Below are positions 29,362-39,607 of a stretch of DNA of 64,000 bases, piece after piece. The first letter of the stretch is position 1. The number at the start of each line of letters is the position of its first letter. The notes beneath the pieces are model-generated. The model saw only the letters and a program-made list of their open reading frames with translations, was not told the DNA's origin and searched no databases. The position numbers and the translations under genes are program-made. Source of the DNA: an uncultured delta proteobacterium (GTDB taxonomy: Bacteria > Desulfobacterota > Binatia > Binatales > Binataceae). The stretch lies in contig CAVQEQ010000004.1 of the NCBI GenBank assembly GCA_963711565.1, forward strand, positions 1,440,001 to 1,504,000, written 5' to 3'.

Positions 29362-32108
29362 GCCTCGACTCGGGCGCGAATCGCGCCGAGCCTGTCGCAT
29401 CTGCTGTATCTTCGCCACGCGGGCAGGACGCGCTACTCGCGCAATTCGTCGCGAGCAAGACTCCCGGCGCAAACGCCCGCGCCTATCTCCAATCTGTGCG
29501 CGCCGAGCTGGCCGAGCGCCATTTCGCCGGCGCGAGCGGGAGCGAGATCACGGCTGCGATGACGGCAGCGATGGACGATCTGCTGCGTGCGCTCTTTCAC
29601 TATGCGGACGCCGAACACAACCAGCGCGCGCCCAAGCTCAATCAGAAAATTTCAGTGGTCGCGCGCGGCGGGTACGGACGCGGCGAGCTGAATCCGCAAT
29701 CCGACGTCGATCTGCTGTTCCTGCACGACTACAAGCGCGGCCCGTACGCGGAAATCGTCACCGAAATAATGCTGCACGCGCTGTGGGACGCGGGCCTCAT
29801 CGTCGGACACGGCGTACGCACGGCCAAAGAATGTGTGCGGCTGGCCAACGAGGACCTGAAGGAGAAAACCGCGATCCTCGATGCGCGCTTTCTGTGCGGC
29901 GACGAAAAGCTCTACGCCGACCTCGACAAGCTGCTCATCGCCGAGGTCCTCAATCGCAACCAGGACAAGTTCTTCGCCATCAAGCTCGAGGAAAGCCGCA
30001 AACGCCACGCCCAGTACGGCGATTCCATCTACCTGCTCGAACCTCAAATCAAGGAAGGCGAAGGCGGCCTGCGCGATCTTCACACCGCGATGTGGCTGGC
30101 CAAGGTCAAATACAAGGTCCACTCGCTCGAAGAGCTGGTGCAGAAGGCCGTCATCACGGAGCCCGAAGCGGCCGAGGTGATCGAGGCGCGCGACTTTCTC
30201 TGGCGCGTGCGCAACTCTCTGCACTTTTTGACCGGACGTCATTTCGATCAGCTAACTTTCGAGCTGCAGGAACGGATCGAACCGATATTCCGCCTCAAGC
30301 CCGAGGAGGGACAGGCCGCCGGTTCCGCCCTGATGCGCGCGTATTACATGCACGCGTCGACGATCCATCGCTTTGCCGAAGGCTTGATCGCGCGCGTGAC
30401 TGAAAACACTTCCGGCGGGCGATTTTTCCGCCGCACCCCAACCCGCAAGATTCGTCCCGGAGTGATCGTGCAGGGCAATCTGCTGAGCATCGCCGAGCCC
30501 GACTTTTTCAAGCGCGATCCGCTCAACTTGATCACGATTTACGCCGACTGCCAGGCGCAGGACGTCAGCCTCTCCGGCAGCGCCTACCAGTTGGTGCGCG
30601 ACAATCTTGGATTGATCGACGACGACATGCGCCGGGACCCGCGCGTCGCCGGAGCGCTGATGGATATTCTCTCAGCGCGCAATCGCGTCGCCGAAACGCT
30701 CGAGGCGATGCATCTGTCAGGCGTGCTCGGCGCGATTATCCCCGAGTTCGGCAACCTCTACGCGCGCGTTCTGCACGACCTCTACCATATCTACACCGTC
30801 GACCGGCATTCGCTGGTTGCGGTGCGCGAGCTCGAACGGCTGCGCACGGGAGAGTTCAAGGATCCCACTCCGCTGCTCACCGAAGTTGCGCGCGAGCTCC
30901 CTCACCTGCCGCTCGTGTTCCTCGCGTTGCTGCTCCACGATATCGGCAAGGGCCACGGCCACGAACATCACGAGCGCGGTGCCAACCTGACCGCCGAGGT
31001 GTCGCAGCGCCTGGGACTCAACAGTGAGGAAATCGATCTGGTCGTGTTCCTCGTCCGCAACCATCTGATGATGTCGCAGGTCGCGCAGAAGGGCGACCTT
31101 GACGATCAGACCACCGTCGCTGAATTTGCCCGCACCGTCGGCTCGATCGATCGCCTGAAGGCGCTCTACCTGCTCACTTACGCCGACATGCGCGCGGTCG
31201 CGCCGAAGGTCTACAACAACTGGCGCGACATGCTGCTGAGCGATCTATACCTGCGCGCGCTCAAGGTGCTCGAGCAGGGCGATCGCGAGGCCGCCGATCC
31301 CGCGCGCCGGCTCGCGACCGTCAAGGCCGCCGTCCGCGATTTCCTGCTCTTCGCAGCCGCTCCTGAAGCCGAGGTCACCGCGTTTCTCGATGAGATGCCG
31401 GACCGCTACTTCTTCACCGTGCCCGAAGACGATATCCAGCTGCACTTCGACCTAATGCGCACGCTCGACGACCGCCCGCTGGTCTGCCGCACCCGGCATT
31501 TTCCCGAACTCGAATTCAGCGAGTTCATCGTCGTGACGCGCGACCAGCCGGGATTGTTCTCGAAGATCGCGGGCGTGCTGACCGCCAACAATCTCAACAT
31601 CCTGTCGGCTCGAATCACCACGCGCACCAACGGCGTTGCGATGGACGTGTTTCGCGTCTCGCATCAGATGGGCGAGGCCTCGATGGCGCTGGAAGAGGAT
31701 CGCTGGCTCCGCGTCGAGCACGACCTCGAGCGGGTCATCACCGGCCAACAGGACATCGCGGCGCTGGTGGCGTCCGCCCATCACGTGCAAAGCGCCGGCC
31801 GCAAGTTCGTGCGCCACGTACCGACCGAGGTCACAGTCGACAATCGCACCTCAGAGCAGTTCACCGTCATCGACGTGTTCACGCAGGACCGCGTCGGCCT
31901 CCTGTTCGCGATCACCCACACGCTCTTCCGGCTCGGCCTGCGGATTCATCTCGCGCGCATTTCGACCAACGCCGATCAGGCGCTCAACGTCTTTTACGTG
32001 AGCGATCGCGGCGGCGCAAAAATCGAGGATCTCGATCTTATGCGCGAGCTGCGCGCCGCATTACTCGAAAAGGTCGTACAAAATCCACGCCAGGAAGCAT
32101 CCGCGTGA
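29358..32108 (+). CDS. glnD: [Protein-PII] uridylyltransferase/uridylyl-removing enzyme
   Basis: GGYGRGEL..SDVDL, EPQIKEGEGGLRD, HD domain (YTVDRH, LLHDIGKG), two ACT domains (DQPGLF, DRVGLL). Confidence 0.97.
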   Translation: MSLDSGANRAEPVASAVSSPRGQDALLAQFVASKTPGANARAYLQSVRAELAERHFAGASGSEITAAMTAAMDDLLRALFHYADAEHNQRAPKLNQKISVVARGGYGRGELNPQSDVDLLFLHDYKRGPYAEIVTEIMLHALWDAGLIVGHGVRTAKECVRLANEDLKEKTAILDARFLCGDEKLYADLDKLLIAEVLNRNQDKFFAIKLEESRKRHAQYGDSIYLLEPQIKEGEGGLRDLHTAMWLAKVKYKVHSLEELVQKAVITEPEAAEVIEARDFLWRVRNSLHFLTGRHFDQLTFELQERIEPIFRLKPEEGQAAGSALMRAYYMHASTIHRFAEGLIARVTENTSGGRFFRRTPTRKIRPGVIVQGNLLSIAEPDFFKRDPLNLITIYADCQAQDVSLSGSAYQLVRDNLGLIDDDMRRDPRVAGALMDILSARNRVAETLEAMHLSGVLGAIIPEFGNLYARVLHDLYHIYTVDRHSLVAVRELERLRTGEFKDPTPLLTEVARELPHLPLVFLALLLHDIGKGHGHEHHERGANLTAEVSQRLGLNSEEIDLVVFLVRNHLMMSQVAQKGDLDDQTTVAEFARTVGSIDRLKALYLLTYADMRAVAPKVYNNWRDMLLSDLYLRALKVLEQGDREAADPARRLATVKAAVRDFLLFAAAPEAEVTAFLDEMPDRYFFTVPEDDIQLHFDLMRTLDDRPLVCRTRHFPELEFSEFIVVTRDQPGLFSKIAGVLTANNLNILSARITTRTNGVAMDVFRVSHQMGEASMALEEDRWLRVEHDLERVITGQQDIAALVASAHHVQSAGRKFVRHVPTEVTVDNRTSEQFTVIDVFTQDRVGLLFAITHTLFRLGLRIHLARISTNADQALNVFYVSDRGGAKIEDLDLMRELRAALLEKVVQNPRQEASA

Positions 32109-33067
32109 GCGCCGCCGGCTGGGACGATTTGATCGATCGACATCTGTCGCGCCAGGCCGTCGAGCGCGGGCTCAGCCAACATTCGATGGAGGCGTACGCG
32201 CACGACCTCAGACTTTTTCAATTGTGGTGTCGCGAGGCCGGCCTCGAGCCCGCGCAACTCGACGCCGCCGCGCTGACTGCGTACCTCGAAGTGCTCGCCG
32301 ACCAGGGCTTCGCCGTCAGTTCGCAGCGCCGTCATCTCGCCAGTCTGCGCGGCCTCGCGCGCGAGCTGGTGGACGAGAAGATCATCGAGCGCGATCCCGC
32401 GCCCGCGGTAAAACTCCGGCCGCATCCGCGCAAACTGCCGCGCACGCTGTCGCCCAGCGATATCGAAAATCTCATCGCCGCGATCGACCCGCACGACGCG
32501 CGCGGACTTCGCGATCGCGCGATGCTCGAAATGGCCTACGGCTGCGGGCTGCGCGTCTCCGAACTGGTCGGCCTGCAGCTTCATCAGGTAAATCTCGCGG
32601 CCGGCGCCCTCGTCGTGCTCGGCAAGGGCAGCAAGGAGCGGATGGTGCCGATGGGCGGCGCCGCGATTCGCGCGCTGAAAGCCTATCTCGAGCGCCGCGA
32701 CGAAATTCTCAATCCAGTTGGCGACGCCAAAGGCGGCAAGAAGAGAGTCCCGCGCCGCGTCTCCGCGGTATTCATTACACGGCTCGGCCGCGCGATGACC
32801 CGGCAGGGATTTTTCAAGGCGTTAAAAGGATGGGCCGCGACCGATCCGCGCCTCGCATGGATAAGCCCGCACACGTTGCGGCATTGTTTTGCCACGCATC
32901 TGCTCGAGGGCGGCGCCGATTTGCGCGCCGTGCAGGAGATGCTCGGTCACAGCGACATCTCGACCACGCAGATTTATACTCATCTCTCGAAGAGCCACCT
33001 GCGCAAGGTGCATCGCACGTTTCATCCGCGCGCCACCCGCGCGAGCGCGGCGGAAGGTACCAACTGA
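32105..33067 (+). CDS. xerD: Chromosomal tyrosine recombinase XerD-like
   Basis: LRDRAMLEMAYGCGLRVSEL, GKGSKER, SPHTLRHCFATHLL, LGHSDISTTQIY; housekeeping context. Confidence 0.9.
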   Translation: MSAAGWDDLIDRHLSRQAVERGLSQHSMEAYAHDLRLFQLWCREAGLEPAQLDAAALTAYLEVLADQGFAVSSQRRHLASLRGLARELVDEKIIERDPAPAVKLRPHPRKLPRTLSPSDIENLIAAIDPHDARGLRDRAMLEMAYGCGLRVSELVGLQLHQVNLAAGALVVLGKGSKERMVPMGGAAIRALKAYLERRDEILNPVGDAKGGKKRVPRRVSAVFITRLGRAMTRQGFFKALKGWAATDPRLAWISPHTLRHCFATHLLEGGADLRAVQEMLGHSDISTTQIYTHLSKSHLRKVHRTFHPRATRASAAEGTN

Positions 33068-33068
33068 C

Positions 33069-33731
33069 TTGGGCGATCTGAACGGAACCATCGCGACCAT
33101 TTGTATCGTCGCGCCGCCGATCATGTTCGCGATCATCGCGCACGAGGTTATGCATGGCGTCGTAGCGCTGCGCCTTGGCGACGATACCGCGCTTCGGGCG
33201 GGACGCCTCACGCTGAATCCGATTTCGCACATCGACCTCTTCGGCACGATCATCCTGCCGTTCGGTCTGTATCTCTTTGGTCTGCCCGTGCTCGGCTACG
33301 CGAAGCCGGTCCCCGTCGATTTCCGCGTGCTGCGCGGCGGACGTACCGGGATGCTGAAAGTGGCCGCGGCAGGCCCGCTGACGAACTTCGTGCTCGCAAT
33401 CGTGAGCGGACTTTTGCTGCGCGCGATGCCGGCCTTCCTGCATGGCTCGCTCGGCCCAACCATCGCCCTGCCGCTCGCGCGGATGCTGCAGGCGTCGGTG
33501 ATCGTCAATGTCGAACTGGGAGTCTTCAATCTCTTTCCCGTGCTGCCGCTCGACGGCGGCCGCGTGCTGTTCAGTATTCTGCCGATCGCCGCCGCGCGCG
33601 CTTACGCGCAGACCGAGCGGTACGGCTTCCTTATACTGCTGTTGCTGCTGTATACGCATTGGCTGGATGTCGCGATATATCCGGTGATGAACATAGCCTA
33701 CAGCGCGATTACCTGGATGGTGCAGCTTTGA
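33069..33731 (+). CDS. Site-2 protease (M50)
   Basis: HEVMH, GRLTLNP, AAAGPLTN, FNLFPVLPLDGG; TTG start. Confidence 0.92.
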   Translation: MGDLNGTIATICIVAPPIMFAIIAHEVMHGVVALRLGDDTALRAGRLTLNPISHIDLFGTIILPFGLYLFGLPVLGYAKPVPVDFRVLRGGRTGMLKVAAAGPLTNFVLAIVSGLLLRAMPAFLHGSLGPTIALPLARMLQASVIVNVELGVFNLFPVLPLDGGRVLFSILPIAAARAYAQTERYGFLILLLLLYTHWLDVAIYPVMNIAYSAITWMVQL

Positions 33732-34474
33732 GCGACGAGTCTAACCCGCCCAGGCTTGCGGCTGACGCCAGCGTCCGCTTCCGGCTCCCGATTTACGAGG
33801 GCCCGCTCGACCTCCTGCTGCATCTCCTCAAGCGCGCCGAGCTCGACCCGCACGAAGTAACCGCCAGCGTCATCACCGAGCAGTATTTGGCGTGGCTCGA
33901 ATTGCTCGGCCAGTTGAACCTCGACGTTGCCGGCGAGTACCTCGTGATGGCGGCGACGCTGCTCCTGATTAAGTCGTTCGCGATGCTGCCGCATCCGGAG
34001 CTCGCCGACACCGAGGAAGCCGAAGAGCTCAAGCGCGACCTGGTCGAGCGCCTGCTCGAATATCAGCGCTATCGCGAGGCGGCTGAAAAGCTCGGCGAGC
34101 GCGCGCTGCTTGGCCGCGACGTCTTCACCACGCCCGGCGAAAGCGCGCCCGAAGACGCGAACGCGAAGCTTTACACCGTTTCGATTTTCGATTTGGTCGA
34201 GGCGATTGGCGCGGTGCTGAAGCGCGTCGCCGACAAGACGCCGCGCAAAATCGAGCTGCGCGACATCCCGGTCGCGGAATGTATCCCGCGCATCCTGCGC
34301 GCTCTGCAAGGCGCGGGACGAGTCCAGTTCGCCGCGCTGTTCGAGGATGCAGACGACCGCTCGCTCGTAATCGCGACGTTCATGGCGTTGCTCGAGTTGA
34401 TTCGCCGCCGCGAAGTTCGTGCATTCCAGGAAGTGCGGTTCGGCCCGATCCTTCTGGAGAGCGCTGCGGCATGA
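33728..34474 (+). CDS. scpA: Segregation and condensation protein A
   Basis: YEGPLDLLLHL, AGEYLVMAATLLLIKS, LLEYQRY, TFMALLELIR; TTG start overlaps upstream stop. Confidence 0.95.
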   Translation: MSDESNPPRLAADASVRFRLPIYEGPLDLLLHLLKRAELDPHEVTASVITEQYLAWLELLGQLNLDVAGEYLVMAATLLLIKSFAMLPHPELADTEEAEELKRDLVERLLEYQRYREAAEKLGERALLGRDVFTTPGESAPEDANAKLYTVSIFDLVEAIGAVLKRVADKTPRKIELRDIPVAECIPRILRALQGAGRVQFAALFEDADDRSLVIATFMALLELIRRREVRAFQEVRFGPILLESAAA

Positions 34475-34484
34475 CGGAGGTTGA

Positions 34485-35150
34485 GTGGAAGAAGAGCGAT
34501 TGAAATCAATTCTCGCGAGCCTGCTGTTCGCGGCCGGCGAGCCCGTCTCGATTGCGCGGCTGGCCGCCGTCTTCGACGACATGCCGCGTGCGACCGTGCA
34601 CAAGGCGCTGGCCGAGATGTGTTCGCAGTACGCCGCCGAAAACCGCGGCATCGTCATCGACGAAGTCGCCGGCGGCTACCAGATGCGCACGCCCAAGGAT
34701 CACGCCGGCTACGTGCGCAAGCTGCTCGCGGCGCGTCCGCCGCGGCTCAGCCGCCCGCTGATGGAGACCGTCGCGATAATCGCCTACCGGCAGCCGATCA
34801 CGCGCCCCGAGATAGAGCAGTTGCGCGGCGTCGATACCGGCGGCGTGCTCGAAACGCTGCTCGAAAAGCGGCTCGTCAAGATTGCCGGACGCAAGGAAGC
34901 GCCGGGTCGCCCCATAATCTACGAGACCACCGCCGAGTTCCTCGAACTGTTCGGACTGAAGGACCTCGAAGGCTTGCCCGACCTCTCGGAGTTCCGCGAA
35001 ATCGAACGCGCCGTCGAGCAGGCAAACACCGGCCCGGTCCAAGGCATCGAGACTCACCCCGAGGATTCCGCCGAAACTGCGGAACCTTCAGCGGAAGAAC
35101 CAGCCGAGCCGGAGGCGGAGACCTCCGACGACGACAAGACCTCGCACTGA
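34485..35150 (+). CDS. scpB: Segregation and condensation protein B
   Basis: LLFAAGEP, VAGGYQMRT, IAYRQPITR..IEQLRGV, PGRP..Y.TT..FL..FGL. Confidence 0.96.
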   Translation: MEEERLKSILASLLFAAGEPVSIARLAAVFDDMPRATVHKALAEMCSQYAAENRGIVIDEVAGGYQMRTPKDHAGYVRKLLAARPPRLSRPLMETVAIIAYRQPITRPEIEQLRGVDTGGVLETLLEKRLVKIAGRKEAPGRPIIYETTAEFLELFGLKDLEGLPDLSEFREIERAVEQANTGPVQGIETHPEDSAETAEPSAEEPAEPEAETSDDDKTSH

Positions 35151-35159
35151 AACGGAACA

Positions 35160-36338
35160 ATGCTGATGTATCGATATCGACTACTTTTTCTCCTGGTGCT
35201 GACTTCCCTTGTGTTCGCAGGATCGTCGTTCGCCCAGCAGAAGCCCTCAGCCCCTGAAAACGATCCGCTCTACATGCGCGTCGTCGCGATGCCGTACCCG
35301 CCCGAGGCGCAAATCCTCGATGGCGCTGGTCGCCGCCATTCGGCCTACGAGCTGTACGTTACGAATTGGGGTAAGACGCCGCTCAAGATCACCAAGCTCG
35401 AGGTGAATGGGAAGGACGACGACAAGGTGGTCGTGGCGCAGTCGAACAGCGGCAAGCAGCTCGCGGCGATGTTCGTGCCGGTGGACGGCGACGGCACCAA
35501 GCCCAACGATCCGAGTCTCAAGCCGGGCCAGACCGGCGTTTTTTTTATTTTTACCGATTGGCTTCCCGACGACGGCGATCCGGACAATTTTAATACGGCG
35601 ATTACGATCGAACAGCACGGCGAGCGCGCCGGCTCCGGCACAATCCATACCGCCGCGATCGATCTCAACCAGGACGACCCGATCGTGATCCACTCTCCGC
35701 TTCGCGGCAAAAACTGGCTCGCGGCTAACGGGCCTTCCAACACCTCGGCACATCGCCGCGCGATGCTCCCGATAAACGGCCAGCCGCACATCGGCCAGCG
35801 CTATGCGATCGACTGGATTCAGCTCGGCGACGACGGCAAGTCGTTTAGCGGCGACGAGCACGACAACAAAAGCTATCACGCGTGGGACCAGGAGATTCAC
35901 GCCGTCGCCGACGGCAAAATCGTCGAGGTAAAGGACGGCATCCCCGAGAACGTGCCCAACAGCGGCAAGCTCGCGACTCCGATTACGTACGACACGCTCG
36001 CCGGCAATCACATCATCGAGCAGCTTAGCGACGACCATTTCGCCGCGTACGCGCACCTGCGGCCCGGCACGCTCAAGGTGAAGGTGGGCGACACGGTCCA
36101 CGCCGGCGACGTGCTCGCGCATCTCGGCAACACCGGCAATTCGTCGGAGCCGCACTTGCATTTCCAGGTCTGCGACGCACCGTCATTCCCGGCCTCGGAA
36201 GGCATGCCGTTCGCGATCGATCAGTACACCTACGAGGACTACAAGCTCGACAAGGCACCGAAGCCCGCGCTGACCGTAAAGTCGTCGCATGCAATGACCA
36301 AACAAGAACCGATGGAAGACGAGCTGGATTCGTTCTAG
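35160..36338 (+). CDS. Secreted M23-family metallopeptidase
   Basis: Signal peptide; QRYAIDW, GNHII, YAHL, GNTGNSSEPHLHFQ. Confidence 0.88.
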   Translation: MLMYRYRLLFLLVLTSLVFAGSSFAQQKPSAPENDPLYMRVVAMPYPPEAQILDGAGRRHSAYELYVTNWGKTPLKITKLEVNGKDDDKVVVAQSNSGKQLAAMFVPVDGDGTKPNDPSLKPGQTGVFFIFTDWLPDDGDPDNFNTAITIEQHGERAGSGTIHTAAIDLNQDDPIVIHSPLRGKNWLAANGPSNTSAHRRAMLPINGQPHIGQRYAIDWIQLGDDGKSFSGDEHDNKSYHAWDQEIHAVADGKIVEVKDGIPENVPNSGKLATPITYDTLAGNHIIEQLSDDHFAAYAHLRPGTLKVKVGDTVHAGDVLAHLGNTGNSSEPHLHFQVCDAPSFPASEGMPFAIDQYTYEDYKLDKAPKPALTVKSSHAMTKQEPMEDELDSF

Positions 36339-36366
36339 CCGAAGCCGCCAACTACACGAGGTCACG

Positions 36367-37176
36367 ATGGAACACGTCGAAGGAAAGACAGCCTTCATAA
36401 CCGGAGGAGCGCGCGGGATTGGTCTGGGTATCGGTCGCGCATTTGCCCGCGCCGGCGTGAAGCTCGCGATCGCGGATATCGACAACGACTCCCTCGCGTC
36501 GGCGAAGTCCGAACTTGCGAAACTCACCGCGGTGGAGACGTTCAACCTCGACGTGCGGGACCGCGAGGCCTACGCCCGCGTCGCCGACGAAACCGAAGCG
36601 CGCCTGGGCCCCGTATCAATCCTGTGCAACAACGCCGGCGTGGCGGCTGCGACCCGTTTTACATACGAATTTTGGGATTGGATGCTGGGAATCAATCTGA
36701 ACGGCGTGATCAACGGGATACAGACGTTCATGCCGCGGATGCTGGAGCGCGGCGGCGAGGGGCATATCGTGAACACTGCATCGGGCGCGGGACTTGTCGC
36801 CGAGGGCAGTAGCGTGATGTACAGCACGTCGAAATTCGCAGTGGTCGGCATGTCTGAAGGCCTGCGGCGAGAACTCGAGCCTAAGCAAATTGGAGTGACC
36901 GTCCTATGCCCGGGTCCTGTCGGGACTAACATCGTCGGGAACAGCCGCATCACGCAGCCAGCCGCGCGCGACGCGGAAGAGGCCAAGACCTGGGCAGCGG
37001 TAACGGATCAAGTCACCGCTGTGCTGGCTCGCGGCGTTCCTCCCGACGAGGTCGGCGAGATGGTACTCGTGGCGGTGAAGGAGAACCGGCTCTACATCCA
37101 CACCGATCGCGTGATGGAGAAATATATTATCGCGCGAACGAAGGCCCTGCTCGACGCGCTGCCACCTGCTCGCTAG
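36367..37176 (+). CDS. Short-chain dehydrogenase/reductase
   Basis: ITGGARGIG, CNNAG, YSTSKF. Confidence 0.92.
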   Translation: MEHVEGKTAFITGGARGIGLGIGRAFARAGVKLAIADIDNDSLASAKSELAKLTAVETFNLDVRDREAYARVADETEARLGPVSILCNNAGVAAATRFTYEFWDWMLGINLNGVINGIQTFMPRMLERGGEGHIVNTASGAGLVAEGSSVMYSTSKFAVVGMSEGLRRELEPKQIGVTVLCPGPVGTNIVGNSRITQPAARDAEEAKTWAAVTDQVTAVLARGVPPDEVGEMVLVAVKENRLYIHTDRVMEKYIIARTKALLDALPPAR

Positions 37177-37187
37177 TTCGAGACTTC

Positions 37188-38570
37188 CTAGACGCCCGTA
37201 TCCTCGAACACTCCCGTCTCCGGCGTGTAGTTCTCGAAGCGGGTGTAGTTGTTGAGGTACGTCAGCTTCGCCGTGTCGGTGGGGCCGTTACGCTGTTTGG
37301 CGACGATGATTTCGGCAATGCCCGGCTCCTTGCTCTCCTTGCCCTTGTACATTTCTTCGCGGTAGATGAACGCGATCACGTCGGCGTCCTGCTCGATTGC
37401 GCCCGACTCGCGCAGGTCGGACAGCATCGGGCGCCGATTCTCGCGCGACTCGACCTGCCGATTGAGCTGCGAGAGCGCAATCACCGGCACCTTGAGTTCC
37501 TTCGCGAGCCCTTTGAGCGAGCGCGAGATTTCCGCGATTTCCTTTTCGCGATTTTCGCCCGGCCGCGCCGATCTCATCAGCTGGATGTAGTCAACGATTA
37601 TCAGGCCGAGATTCTTGGCGCGCTCGCGCTTGAGCCGTCGGCATTTCGCCTTGAGCGTGATCAACGTCGTGTCGGACGAGTCATCAATGTAGATGTTCGA
37701 CTCCGACAACCGCGCCGCCGCCTGCGCCAGCTTGGGGAAATCGCGCTCGCCGAGAAATCCCTGCCGCGCGCGCGCGCTGTCCACCCGCGCCTCCGAGCAC
37801 AGCATGCGCAGCACGAGCTGCTCCTTCGACATTTCCAGCGAGAAAAACGCTACGCCCATCGGCGGATCCGCATCCATCGCCGCGTAGGCCGCAATATTCA
37901 GCGCGAGCGCCGATTTGCCCATACTGGGGCGGGCCGCGATGATCACCAGGTCCGACGGCTGAAAACCCGCCGTAATTCGATCGAGATCGATGAACCCGCT
38001 CGGCACGCCGGTGATCATCTCGCGGTTCTCGTACAGCCGCTCGAGGATCTTCAGCGACTCGCGCGTCAGCTCGGGCATCGCATGGAACGACGGCTTAATC
38101 CGCCGCTCGGAAATCTCGAAAATCCGATGCTCGGCTTCGTCGAGGAAGCCGTCCACGTCCGCCGGCGCCTCGTACGACGAGCTTGCGATGTCAGTCGCGA
38201 TCGAGCCGAGGCTCCGCAGCACCGCCTTGTCGTGCACGATCCGCGCGTAGTGCGCGACGTTCGCGGCCGTCGGCACTATCGACGCCAGCTCCGCGATGTA
38301 TGCGGGCCCGCCAATCTGCTCGAGCACGCCCCTGGTGCGCAGCGCGTCCGTCAGCGTGATCGCATCGACCGGCTGGCTGTGGTCGGTGAGCTCCGCCATC
38401 GCGCGGAATATCTGCCGATGCGACTCGCGATAAAAATCCTCGTCCGAAAGGATTTCGAGCGAATGGTTAATCGCGTCGTTGTCGAGCAGAATCGCGCCCA
38501 GCACCGACTGTTCTGCTTCGAGATTCTGCGGAGGAACGCGCTTTAGAATATCGTCCGACGAAACCGCCAC
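37188..38570 (-). CDS. dnaB: Replicative DNA helicase
   Basis: PPQNLEAEQSVLG, AARPSMGKS, FSLEM, IVDYIQL, LSQLNR, DLRESGAIEQDAD, KQRNG; no intein. Confidence 0.98.
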   Translation of the reverse strand: MAVSSDDILKRVPPQNLEAEQSVLGAILLDNDAINHSLEILSDEDFYRESHRQIFRAMAELTDHSQPVDAITLTDALRTRGVLEQIGGPAYIAELASIVPTAANVAHYARIVHDKAVLRSLGSIATDIASSSYEAPADVDGFLDEAEHRIFEISERRIKPSFHAMPELTRESLKILERLYENREMITGVPSGFIDLDRITAGFQPSDLVIIAARPSMGKSALALNIAAYAAMDADPPMGVAFFSLEMSKEQLVLRMLCSEARVDSARARQGFLGERDFPKLAQAAARLSESNIYIDDSSDTTLITLKAKCRRLKRERAKNLGLIIVDYIQLMRSARPGENREKEIAEISRSLKGLAKELKVPVIALSQLNRQVESRENRRPMLSDLRESGAIEQDADVIAFIYREEMYKGKESKEPGIAEIIVAKQRNGPTDTAKLTYLNNYTRFENYTPETGVFEDTGV

Positions 38571-38711
38571 CTGACCTCCTCCTCAACCAACCGCGCGCCC
38601 GGAATTTTCTGGAGCGCCGATTATTTCCGATACGTTCATCGCTTACAACTATTACACCCGCCGCAAGCCAACGGTTGTCACCACGCCGTCCACAGCCGAT
38701 GCACAGATCGG

Positions 38712-39413
38712 CTAGCGCGATCGCCGCCGCCGCGGACGATTGACCGCGAGCATCGGGCCCAGCGCGACGCCGAACATGAATCCGCCGACGTGCGCCCACC
38801 ATGCGACTCCGCCCATTGCCGCCGCGCCACCGCTTTGTTCGAGTCCCGCGTAGAGCTGCACCGCAAACCAGAACAGCAGGTAGATAACCGCCGGAATCTC
38901 GACGAACTGAATGAAAATGAAAATCGGCAGAATCGTGAGGATGCGCCCGCGCGGGTACAGGATGAAGTACGCGCCGAGCACGCCCGCAATCGCGCCGCTT
39001 GCGCCAATCACCGGCACGCTCGACTCAGGCGCGATCCACACCGTCGCGAGCGCCGCCGCGATTCCCGCGGCGAAATAGAAAATCAGGTACCGCAGCGCGC
39101 CCAGCCGATACTCGACCGCCGCGCCGAAGATGAAGAGATAGAGCATGTTGCCCGCGATGTGCCAGAAACCGCCGTGGACGAACATCGACGTGACCGTCGT
39201 CATCAGCGGCGCGAGCGCTTCGACGTTGCGATGCGCGCCGCTGGTGAGCGCTCGCGTCACCGCCGCCGGCACCAGCGCGAATCGCTCGACGAATGCCGCG
39301 ACGCGCGTGCCGAGCGACAGCTCGTAAACGAACACCGCGACGTTTGCGGCGATGAACGCGCTGTTGATCGGGGTCAGGCGGCGCGGCGCAACGTTATCGC
39401 GAAGCGGGATCAT
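38712..39413 (-). CDS. Rhomboid intramembrane serine protease
   Basis: MIPLRD, MFVHGGFWHIAGNM, GASGAI, WWAHVGG. Confidence 0.94.
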   Translation of the reverse strand: MIPLRDNVAPRRLTPINSAFIAANVAVFVYELSLGTRVAAFVERFALVPAAVTRALTSGAHRNVEALAPLMTTVTSMFVHGGFWHIAGNMLYLFIFGAAVEYRLGALRYLIFYFAAGIAAALATVWIAPESSVPVIGASGAIAGVLGAYFILYPRGRILTILPIFIFIQFVEIPAVIYLLFWFAVQLYAGLEQSGGAAAMGGVAWWAHVGGFMFGVALGPMLAVNRPRRRRSR

Positions 39414-39607
39414 CGGAGAGTCGGGCCGCGATTAGGTCGGCGGAGCAATACTAGCGGCGCACGGCGGCCCTGCGCGAGACGGCCGTGACTTGAGCGGGAC
39501 CCCGTTGTATGCGACAAAGATCGACGGATCGGCGACAACGTCAACCGCGATCCGGAATCGCGTCCCGCACGTCGGCGATCGCGAATCTTCTAACGGAGGT
39601 ATCAATC

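Noticed and set aside
32105-33067. Tyrosine recombinase as a sign of a prophage or island
   Set aside because: XerD-type sequence, translationally coupled within the housekeeping mutS-amiC-glnD-xerD-scpAB block; no att sites or cargo.
32889-34474. Long fused versions of the M50 protease (from 32889) and ScpA (from 33101)
   Set aside because: Extensions overlap upstream genes in other frames; TTG starts at 33069 and 33728 fit family boundaries.
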